Assembly: GCA_963813075.1 (NCBI GenBank)
Contig: CAWEXU010000017.1
Location: forward strand, 1-64,000
Length of the DNA stretch: 64,000 bases
Direction of reading: 5' to 3'
Source of the DNA: Methanotrichaceae archaeon
GTDB lineage: Archaea > Halobacteriota > Methanosarcinia > Methanotrichales > Methanotrichaceae
Made by a program: the position numbers and the translations under genes. This document shows, one piece after another, positions 1 to 8,163 of this stretch. Within the stretch, counting starts at the first letter, position 1, and each line of letters starts with the position of its first letter. The notes under the pieces are model-generated. The model was not told where the DNA came from, made no database searches, and saw only the letters and a program-made list of their open reading frames with translations.

Positions 1-1019
1 GCACCAAAGCCGAGGTCTTGAGGAGCCTTGCCGCTGCAGGCTGCGCCTTCGCCGAGGCTCTTATGCGCTACAGGCATCTCTCCTACAATCTGCTGTTTCT
101 GAACAAATGGCTGGAGAGGATTCATCCTCTGGACGGCAGGGTCCACCCTCAGTACTTCCAGATTCCCGCCTCAACCGGACGAATCAGCTCCCGCCATCCC
201 AATGCTCAGCAGATCCCCCGCCGGGGAGAGGATGCCCCAGCCATAAGGGGGCTGTTTCGCCCGGCGGCAGGAAAGAGGTTTGTCAAGGCCGACTTATCCA
301 ATATCGAGCTGCGCATAATGGCCCGTATTTCCGGGGATGAGGCGATGCAGCAGGCCTTTATAAACGGCGTCGACCTGCACCGGCTGACTGCTTCCCGGAT
401 CAGCGGAACTCCCCTGGAAGAGGTGACGGATTCGCAGAGGCAGGCGGCCAAGGCCATGAACTTCCTGCTCATCTACGGCGGATCGGCCAGGACGCTGCAG
501 TGGCGCATCCTCTCCGACTATGGGGAGTTCATCTGCCTGGATGAGGCGGAAGAGCGCATGGAGAAGTTCTTCTGCAGCTATCCGGGAATAAGGGAGTGGC
601 AGAAGAGGCAGCTATCTGAGATGAGCTACACTGCACAGCACCACTTCCATAATTGCGTGCGGGGATTCTTCTCGTTGCCGCTGACAGCCACCAGAACGGT
701 CCTCGGGCGGAGGCGGATCTGGCCGCGCTTTGGGGCAGGGATCACCGCCAGCAAGTTCCAGATGTACAATACCCCCTGCCAGGGGACGGGCGCAGATCTG
801 ATCAAGCTGGTGATGGCCGAGGTCTATGAGAAGCTGTTGGATGAGGAGGCGAGGATGATAGGCTCCATCCACGATGAGATCATCCTGGAGGTTCCGGAGG
901 ATCGAGCGGAGGAGTATGCAGCAAGGCTGAAGGAGATCATGGAGAGGATAGGGTCCCAGATGCTCTATCCCGTGCCGGTGAAGGCGGAGGCGAGGGTGAT
1001 GAGAACTTTAGCGGAATGA
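1..1019 (+). CDS. polA: Family A DNA polymerase, C-terminal polymerase domain (5' end lies left of the window)
   Basis: TGRISSRHPNAQQIP, motif A KADLSNIELR, motif B RQAAKAMNFLLIYG, NTPCQGTGAD and motif C IHDEII. The frame is open back to position 3 (TKAEVL). Confidence 0.93.
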   Translation, partial: TKAEVLRSLAAAGCAFAEALMRYRHLSYNLLFLNKWLERIHPLDGRVHPQYFQIPASTGRISSRHPNAQQIPRRGEDAPAIRGLFRPAAGKRFVKADLSNIELRIMARISGDEAMQQAFINGVDLHRLTASRISGTPLEEVTDSQRQAAKAMNFLLIYGGSARTLQWRILSDYGEFICLDEAEERMEKFFCSYPGIREWQKRQLSEMSYTAQHHFHNCVRGFFSLPLTATRTVLGRRRIWPRFGAGITASKFQMYNTPCQGTGADLIKLVMAEVYEKLLDEEARMIGSIHDEIILEVPEDRAEEYAARLKEIMERIGSQMLYPVPVKAEARVMRTLAE

Positions 1020-1024
1020 TCCGG

Positions 1025-1032
1025 TTTTTTTT
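1025..1032 (+). terminator. Oligo-T tract, probable archaeal terminator of polA
   Basis: T8 run 5 nt after the polA stop codon. Confidence 0.45.
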
Positions 1033-1199
1033 GAGGGCTGTATTCGCTGCGTCGATGGTTTTGGATTGTGATATATTAAAGAGAAAAATTCGCCAGGCGG
1101 GTGCGGTGAAAAGTTTGAACTGCTTTTTGATGGGGCTCGAAGGATATCGAATTTTAGCATAGTTGATTTCTCGAATCCAGGCTGTTATCAAGGCTAAAA

Positions 1200-1330
1200 T
1201 TGATCTACACAGACTATTTTTTTAGTGCACGCCGCGAGTCGGGCCTCCGGCCCTCCCGCGCTAATGCCCTGGTCCCCCTCAACGCCGGGGAGGCTTGGAT
1301 ACAATCGAAGCTGGCCGTTGATGGTTTTAG
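1200..1330 (-). repeat. Dispersed structured non-coding element, copy 1
   Basis: Shares the 30-nt core cccctcaacgccggggWggcttggatacaa (1275-1304) and a flanking hairpin with the copies at 6083-6268 and 7845-8038. Confidence 0.85.
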
Positions 1331-1446
1331 ACGCAACAATACGAATATTATTTGTATGTAGAATGAAAAAGCAGCACGGGATTCGTGTAAGGAGAGATTG
1401 GTCCAATATTTTTATAATTTGAATAGTATTCGCCAGGCGGGCCGGG

Positions 1447-2577
1447 GCCACTTCTTTTCAGAAATGGATAGAGATAGTAAGTGGAATGCTGGCCAGGAGC
1501 TGCGGGTTTCAATGGAGCCACTTCTTTTCAGAAATGGATAGAGACAGAGTGCCGTTACAGATGACTGCTGCAGACATGACGCGTTTCAATGGAGCCACTT
1601 CTTTTCAGAAATGGATAGGCTTAAAGGCACGTAGACGACGCTATAGCCATCAATGAGTTTCAATGGAGCCACTTCTTTTCAGAAATGGATAGGTCAGCGG
1701 TAACGCGCATAGTCTAGACAGAGATGCCAATGAGCGTTTCAATGGAGCCACTTCTTTTCAGAAATGGATAGGATTCAGACTGCAGATCGTATCAGTAACG
1801 AAGCCAATGAAGCGTTTCAATGGAGCCACTTCTTTTCAGAAATGGATAGCTGCTGAGATGACATTCGGGCCATGCATTGCCAGATGAAGTTTCAATGGAG
1901 CCACTTCTTTTCAGAAATGGATAGAGATCTGTAGACTGGCATCTGATCGACAGTGCAACGGCGTTTCAATGGAGCCACTTCTTTTCAGAAATGGATAGAC
2001 GATATGCAGCGATGAGCCTGCGGCTGAATGGCATGGTTTCAATGGAGCCACTTCTTTTCAGAAATGGATAGGCTGATGACGCTGTGGAGCTAGAATAGAT
2101 GCATGAGCGTTTCAATGGAGCCACTTCTTTTCAGAAATGGATAGGTTGAGAAGTCTTCGACATGATGCTTTAAGTCAAGAGTATGTTTCAATGGAGCCAC
2201 TTCTTTTCAGAAATGGATAGGGTCATCGAGTCAAGGATAGCGACATCGGGTTTCAATGGAGCCACTTCTTTTCAGAAATGGATAGATCGATTTGGCAGGC
2301 ATGAATGACTGGCGTTTCAATGGAGCCACTTCTTTTCAGAAATGGATAGATAGCAATGTGTGAGCCGACTCTACGAGTCTTTCGACGGGTTTCAATGGAG
2401 CCACTTCTTTTCAGAAATGGATAGTCGGATTGTGAAGGCAGACTCATACCATAAGCAATGCGCAGTTTCAATGGAGCCACTTCTTTTCAGAAATGGATAG
2501 ACTGGACCAGTTGCGAATGACGAACTGGCAATGATACGTAGGTTTCAATGGAGCCACTTCTTTTCAGAAATGGATAG
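1447..2577 (-). CRISPR. CRISPR array: 15 full 36-bp repeats plus 1 truncated trailer repeat, 15 spacers of 28-43 bp
   Basis: Identical gtttcaatggagccacttcttttcagaaatggatag at 1506, 1583, 1657, 1736, 1814, 1889, 1963, 2036, 2109, 2185, 2250, 2314, 2389, 2465 and 2542, with a partial copy at 1447-1471. The minus-strand repeat ends ATTGAAAC and the leader lies on the cas2 side. Confidence 0.98.
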
Positions 2578-2830
2578 AGCAACCATTTTTTGGCCGTTGC
2601 TGTTATCGAAATAACGCCGTTAAGCGCGGATCGACCTAACTGCCAAGTATTTTTCAGATTTAAGCGTTTTTATTAAACTCTAATTCGCTATGCACAGCTT
2701 TAGCGCGGATCGTCGATACTCTTTATATTTTTTATAATTGTGCGTATGTCATCACAGGAGTTTTCGTAATACTGGCCTTATATAGCCTATGTACCTCCCG
2801 GATCCACCTGAATCTTTGCATGCTATCATT
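2578..2830 (-). promoter_or_regulatory. CRISPR leader
   Basis: AT-rich non-coding stretch between cas2 and the first repeat. It contains the 11-bp direct repeat agcgcggatcg at 2623 and 2702. Confidence 0.75.
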
Positions 2831-3124
2831 CTATAATAATTTTCCGGTCCTACTTGCTCCCTATGGACCCCGAGAAATTCAATTCTCTCCATGACTCTGC
2901 CTTCGTTTGGACCAAGATCTATAATCATTATTCGATCCTCATCCGGATTTATCAGATCTGTGAGAGACTGCTACCATCTCCACCCGACCTCTCGGGGTGA
3001 GATCGCAGCGAAAGACTGAGTAGTGGACCGGCTCTCCAAAACCTTTCATGGCCCTATGAACCCTGCAAAGCCTCTTTTGCTCCCTGATATCGTAGCTGAC
3101 TATATAGCAGTTCAAGCTGCTCAT
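2831..3124 (-). CDS. cas2: CRISPR-associated endoribonuclease Cas2 (one frameshift near 2960)
   Basis: MSSLNCYIVSYDIREQKRLCRVHRAMKGFGEPVHYSVFRCDL, continuing in another frame as EDRIMIIDLGP...IEFLG to TAG at 2831. Confidence 0.9.
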
Positions 3125-3131
3125 GTTCAGA

Positions 3132-4858
3132 TCACCTGATGACGAATGCCGGATATTCTTTAGCTCACCTGAAAGAACCCTGGATAGCAGCCTGGCCTGC
3201 ACCTCAAGCACTCTGCGATAGCTTATTTTATAGCCAAAAATGGGATGAACGATCTCCGTCTGCATTCTCTGCTCGTAGCCAGCAACTACCTTTCGTTTTG
3301 CCTCCGGCGTCAATGATATCCCGATGCCGGTCCTGATGAAATCCTTATCCGTCAGCTCTTTTTTGTTAAATAGCGTAAATGCCGTGGAATCGGCAATTAC
3401 TGGCCGGAATTCCTCCATCATGTCCAGAGCCAGAGCCGGGCGGCCATACCTGGGCTGATGATAGAAACCGAGATAGGGTTCAAAGCCTGCTGCCAGAACG
3501 GTGGAGAAGAGCTCCTTGGCCAGAATGCCGTAAAGATAGGAGAGAGTCGAGTTCACTGGATCCCGAGGTGGCCTCTTGTTTCGTCCCTCGAAGGTAGAAT
3601 GTCCCTTCTGCCACCTTGAGCAAGCTGCCGAATCTGGAGAAATAGGCTGATGCTGCCGCACCCTCGATTCCCAGAAGGCTTTGCGGTTAGAGGCATTTTC
3701 AGCCTCCTTCGCGAGAGACGGCCAGAGATTCCAGCACCTTCTCGGGCACATCGGAATCGTATCTGCGCAATCGAACTCTGCAGTTCTCGATCTTCGCCGG
3801 ATACGAATCTTGCGGGAAATGGAAAGCGACTTCTCTTCGTCCTCTGCCCAACTGAAACTGCTTGATGCGCAAAAGCACATTCTTGTGGCTCATCCCCAGA
3901 GCGATGCCCTGAAACCAGCCGCCGTGGGAGAAGTGCAGCACAGGCACATTCCTCTGCATCAGCTCGACCATGGCGGGAGTTGTGATCTCCGCGTCGCCGT
4001 AGAGGCAGACCTTGGAGATCTCCCTGATTCTGGCCTCGCTGATCTTGCCCTCATCATAGGACCAGACCTCCAGCCGCTCGCCCCTCTTGCGAACCGTCTT
4101 CCCCTGGCCGACAACATAAAGCAGGAACCTGATCGTCCCGGCTGGCAAGGAGCATTCTGATCTTCTCCTCCGGTTTGCCTTCCTGGTTCTCTTCCTGATC
4201 CCTTCTGTTTGGCTCTTTCTCCGCCTCCATCTCTCGCAAGAGGTTGACCTCGTCGGGCAGGCATATCCCGGCCATTGAGCAGCGATCGCACCTTTGGCTA
4301 TTCTGCAGAGGCGGGGGAAGCTCGCCCCGCTGAACCGTCCTTCGCATGTCTGCCAGCAGCGCCATTGTTCGGTCCAGAAGTTGACGAGTCGAACTTCACC
4401 GGCACTCTTTCCTGGGATCGAATATAGTAGACCATCCCTTCATCGCAGGAAAAGCCGTTCTCCCGCAGGGCAAGGCACTGGGCTGCCAGCTGGATCAGAT
4501 GAGGCTCGAAGATCCCTGGCCCTGCCTGGCCTTTTCGCGCCTCCCCGCGCTTGTACTCTATCGGCGTGACCTGGCTGCCATCCCCCTCCAGAAGGTCGAT
4601 CCGGCAGCATACTCCCGCCTGCGGAGCGGAGAGGGAGACGGATCGGGCATGAAAGGGCTGGAAGTCCTCCGGGATGGCATCCTGCTCTGCATCTATCCAG
4701 CGGTGAAGGTAGCGCCCTTCTACGGTCTCGGCGCTATCCTGGAATTCACCCTGCACCCATTGAAGATAGCTGAGCCGGGGGCAATAGGCATAAGCGGCGA
4801 GCATGCTGGCTGGTATGAGCTCGGGGGCGGTGATCTTACTGGGTTCTTCGTCTGCCAA
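3132..4858 (-). CDS. cas1: Cas4-Cas1 fusion (type I-G-like architecture), broken by about 6-7 frameshifts
   Basis: Cas4: YAYCPR, RIDLL..PIEYKRG, CDRCSMAGICLPDE. Cas1: LYVVGQGKTVRKRGERL, GIEG, RNKRPPRDPVNSTLSYLY, GFYHQPRYGRPALALDMMEEFRP, HPIFGYKISYRR, ending YPAFVIR*. Confidence 0.9.
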
Positions 4859-4977
4859 CTTTGTGGCCTCCTGTCAAGATAATGAGGATTGCATCCTAGA
4901 TAAATATGTTTAACTGTTTGACCTGGCCGGAAGTTGGCATTTAGCAGCAGGACTGCACTCTGCTCTGGCCCGACGGG

Positions 4978-5009
4978 CATATAAATATAATAGTATTCTC
5001 CGGTGGGGC
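4978..5009 (-). promoter_or_regulatory. Repeated promoter motif upstream of cas4-cas1
   Basis: Minus strand reads CCACCGGAGAATACTA-TTATA-TTTATAT. Related motifs occur at ~1070-1101, 1410-1441, 5950-5985, 6212-6246 and 7984-8020. Confidence 0.55.
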
Positions 5010-5105
5010 AGGATATGACAGCTCCCAGAAGATTCCGCCAGCGGTATCTCGACTGGCTAACATTTTTATATCTTTCTCAGCGCATTCGGATAGATGATGA
5101 GGTAG

Positions 5106-5851
5106 GTGAGTGCATTGGATGAAAAAAGAAATGAGCCTGTGAAGAAAACCATCGATGACCTGGGCCCTACACTGTCCAGGCTGAGATGGTGGAAGAAGAT
5201 CTGGCATGTTTTGATCTATGCCATCGGTCATCAGAAGCTGCGGATCGGTATTATGACCGTGTTTATCTGCTTGTGGCATTAGGAGCCTTTTTCTGGAGTG
5301 AGCTGCAGCTTCCATCTGTCTCTCAAGATACACCGGAGGGCATCATCGAATGGCTGCTGAACGCCCAGACCATTCTGGGCATGGGCACCCTTCTGGTTGC
5401 CCTCTTCGTCTGGATAGGGGAGATAGAAAAGAACTGGGAGGAGAGCCTGCCAAAGCGGCTCAGCGTCTTTTTCTTCTGGGAGGGAAAGCCCCTGATCGTC
5501 TGCCGCTATGTCTGGCTGGCCGGAGCAGATGAGATCAGAATCTGGGGGCAGCAGGTGGCAGTGCAGGCTCAGGAGGTCATGCCTGAAAAGAAGCCTCAGG
5601 ACTCATTTCTTCATTTCGAACCGGACATGCAGACGAGGAGCCCTGAGCATCTCATTGCGCCCAGAGGCGGGGTCTGGAAGCACTATTCGATATGCTTTAA
5701 GCTGACCGACCTGAACACGAGCCTGAGAAGGACAAAAGAATACTGCAGATATCAGAACGTGGCGGGAACTGATAAAGCGGCCGGCAATTTCCCCATCGAT
5801 CTGGTGGAATCAATCCCAGAGGTCTCCAGATGGAAGGAGGGCATGATTTGA
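5106..5851 (+). CDS. Hypothetical membrane protein (about 2 N-terminal TM helices plus a soluble C-terminal domain); frameshift near 5267
   Basis: GTG at 5106 after GAGGT reads MSALDEKRNEPVKK...LRIGIMTVFI and joins the ORF 5186..5851 frame (LLVALGAFFW...ILGMGTLLVALFVWIG...LPKRLSVFF...EIRIWGQQ). Confidence 0.7.
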
Positions 5852-6022
5852 ATAAGGCATCTTTGGATTGATAGCATTCCAGCGCTCTCGCAGGTTGCGC
5901 CGCACTGCCCTGGTGGTGAGCAGCAGAATTGCAGCCTGGCCCCAGCGGGCTATAAAATGATTAGTATTCTCCAGGCAGGCCAGGCCTCACACATCTGTCT
6001 GCCTAATGGTATTGATGCACTA

Positions 6023-6080
6023 TTATCGCCCTTCTGACCGCTTCACATCCACCACCTGGCCCATCGACCACTTTTGGTTG
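6023..6080 (-). pseudogene. csx3: csx3 C-terminal remnant
   Basis: Reads NQKWSMGQVVDVKRSEGR*, matching SQKWQVGQVVDV of the 6290-6572 copy. Confidence 0.7.
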
Positions 6081-6082
6081 TT

Positions 6083-6268
6083 GGAGTTTGATCTATTCAT
6101 GCGAGCTGCTTTTCAGCGGGCGCCGCGCGCGGTGATACGCGCGGTAGTGCCCTGGTCCCCTCAACGCCGGGGTGGCTTGGATACAAACGGGGCAAAGCCG
6201 TTGTGGTTCTGGATTATATCACGGTTAATATTCCCCAGGCGGGCCCAGTTTGAACTGCTGGCTTGCCC
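6083..6268 (-). repeat. Dispersed structured non-coding element with promoter motif, copy 2
   Basis: Core at 6157-6186; tttgatctattcatgcgagctg is identical to copy 3; cgcgcg/cgcgcg hairpin. Confidence 0.85.
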
Positions 6269-6289
6269 TGCAAATCAAGCTGCATCACC

Positions 6290-6572
6290 CTACTTTCTCC
6301 GTACCGGCAGGGTCACATCCACTACCTGGCCCACCTGCCACTTCTGGCTATGCGTGGCCACCACCACCGCCCCCAGGCGGGGATCGTAGAAGGCGATGGC
6401 AGCGGCGGGGGAAGCATGCAGCAGGTGCAGTGCCATGCCGTATCGCCAGATGGGAGCGCGTCCTTCGATGATAACCAAAGAGCCACGGGGGATGTCGGGC
6501 AGTGGCGGGAGCGGCTCGGCTGGGGTGATGGGGGGAGGAGACGGCGATGGAGTAGATGATGAGGGCGGTCAA
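6290..6572 (-). CDS. csx3: CRISPR-associated protein Csx3 (Crn3 ring nuclease family), copy A; +1 frameshift in the G-run near 6530
   Basis: Joined protein: MTALIIYSIAVSSPITPAEPLPPLPDIPRGSLVIIEGRAPIWRYGMALHLLHASPAAAIAFYDPRLGAVVVATHSQKWQVGQVVDV. GRxPIW, HxxH and YDPRLGAVVV.SH are Csx3 signatures. Confidence 0.88.
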
Positions 6573-6581
6573 TTTTCTAGC

Positions 6582-6869
6582 CTAAGCTTTTTCCTCTGGG
6601 AGAACGAAGGTGTCCACCAGACCGGTAATTACCTCCTCCACAAGGTTAGATACAGTCCTTCTTCTTTGTAGGGCAAGTTTTTCCAGTTTGGAGAAGGCAG
6701 GTTCCGGCAGCTCAACAAGCACCCGGCATAGTCTCTGATCCTTTTCGAACGTCTTCCAGCGAGCTTCAGAGTTCTCTGCATCCTGGATCGCTTCAGCGGC
6801 TGAAAGCACCTCTTCTTCCGGCTCATGTGGTGCATACTTTTTTTTCATTTCATGGCCTCTTTCCGACAT
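6582..6869 (-). CDS. Putative antitoxin, ribbon-helix-helix/CopG-like
   Basis: Small protein with RVLVELPEPAFSKLEKLALQRRRTVSNLVEEVI, directly downstream of a PIN gene. Confidence 0.6.
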   Translation of the reverse strand: MSERGHEMKKKYAPHEPEEEVLSAAEAIQDAENSEARWKTFEKDQRLCRVLVELPEPAFSKLEKLALQRRRTVSNLVEEVITGLVDTFVLPEEKA

Positions 6870-7425
6870 CCTTCAAACTTCATATATTTCATTTATCAAC
6901 TTGGTGGAGTAATGGGTCCCCTGTCTTTGGCACTCAGTCCAGTGCAACCAGCACATCCTCTGGCTCGATAATTTGTTGCCAGCAAGCCCGAACCAGGATG
7001 CCAGGAAATCCAATGATGGGTACTCTTCTTCGATTGGCAACATCTCTTGCAGCCAGTTCGTCGATGAGCAAGCTCAACAGCCGGGGAGCTTCTTCTCAGC
7101 ATTAGGACAATGGCAAAGGACTCAGGGAGGTGGTGATCAGGATTTTTGTCCCTTGTTGCTTGATGGTTTGCAATCTCTGAAGCGATGACCTTGCAGCTTC
7201 AGTTTCTACAGGCGTGAAATCCTGGTGGACTACAGATAAACCCGGATCTCTAAGAGATCGCTGATCTCATGATCTGCACCATGCTTCTGGTATTCATGAA
7301 ATCTCGTCCACCGGTATATGAATCTGGTCGTAGAACTGAAGCAGTATATGCATGCAATCAGATTGCAGCGCTGAAATCAGCGGACCGGTATTGCTTACGA
7401 CAATTCTTGGGCTCGCGTGCATCAT
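6850..7425 (-). pseudogene. PIN-domain (DUF3368-like) toxin gene with several frameshifts
   Basis: ATG at 7425 gives MMHASPRIVVSNTGPLISALQ..HIPVDE; a later frame gives LLIDELAARDVANRRRVPIIGFPGILVRA. Not assembled in the ORF track. Confidence 0.7.
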
Positions 7426-7469
7426 AGTGCTCTTAAATAAATTTTGCATATCTTCCTATAAAAAATCAT

Positions 7470-7822
7470 TCATTGCTGATTTAAGGGATTGATCATTATA
7501 AAAAATATCTCCGTCGCCGGAGGGCCCCCCAGAGGATGGCTCGTTCCACATTCCGCGGGTGGCGTCACATCCACCACCTGGCCCATCTGCCACACCGGGC
7601 TATGCGGGCACCACCACCGCCCCCAGGCGAGGATCGTAGAAGGCGATGGCTGCGGCGCGGGAAGCATGCAGCAGGTGCAGTGCCATGCCGTATCTCCATA
7701 TTGGTGCCCGATCCTCGACAATGACCAAAGAGCTCGCGCGGGATAAAAGGCAAAGGCGGGAGCGGCTCGGCTGGGTTGATGGGCGAGGAGACGGCGATGG
7801 AGTAGATGATGAGGGAAATCAT
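7470..7822 (-). pseudogene. csx3: Csx3 copy B, two frameshifts (near 7733 and 7606)
   Basis: MISLIIYSIAVSSPINPAEPLPPLP.. / LVIVEDRAPIWRYGMALHLLHASRAAAIAFYDPRLGAVVV / HSPVWQMGQVVDV. The DNA closely duplicates 6312-6565. Confidence 0.82.
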
Positions 7823-7844
7823 TTTTTCCAGGCCTGATTCATTG

Positions 7845-8038
7845 GGAATTTGATCTATTCATGCGAGCTGTTTTTCAGTGGGCACCGCGAGTCGGCCTGC
7901 TGGCCTCCCGCGCTATGCTCTGGGGCCCCTCAACGCCGGGGTGGCTTGGATACAATCGAGGCAAAGCCGTCGATTGGTTCTGTATTATAAAAAGACTAAT
8001 ATTCTACACGTAGGCCCGGTTGAATGGCGTGCTTGCCC
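7845..8038 (-). repeat. Dispersed structured non-coding element with promoter motif, copy 3 (upstream of csx3 copy B)
   Basis: Core at 7926-7955; minus-strand TTTTTATAA box near 7985-7993. Confidence 0.85.
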
Positions 8039-8163
8039 ACACTCGAAAATCTCCCTCCTTTAGCACATGTAGCATCACATCCACCCCTCAGAATTTCCTC
8101 CTCTATATTCGACGGTTATCTTTAAGTTAATTGACGATCGCCATTGACCGCGGTGAGTAAGAC

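Noticed and set aside
1200..1330. Repeated element as an HDV-like ribozyme
   Set aside because: GCC-UCCCC-GGC resembles P3/L3, but the U is an A in two copies and no P2 partner strand exists.
2253..2480. 75-aa ORF with repeated YPFLKRSGSIET
   Set aside because: It is a translation of CRISPR repeats.
2939..3880. Apparent Cas1-Cas2 fusion ORF
   Set aside because: Caused by an indel near 3158. The corrected cas1 ends YPAFVIR* at 3132, and cas2 has its own RBS and ATG at 3124.
6105..6186. Repeated element as a tracrRNA or anti-repeat
   Set aside because: Only 6-8 nt matches to the CRISPR repeat (cttttcag, gtggct), which is not above chance.
6083..6268. Repeated element as an integron attC site
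   Set aside because: CAAC...GTTG ends are present, but the interior is not a continuous palindrome and no integrase gene is visible.
6006..6671. Plus-strand ORFs duplicated at 7489-7837
   Set aside because: They are antisense shadows of csx3.
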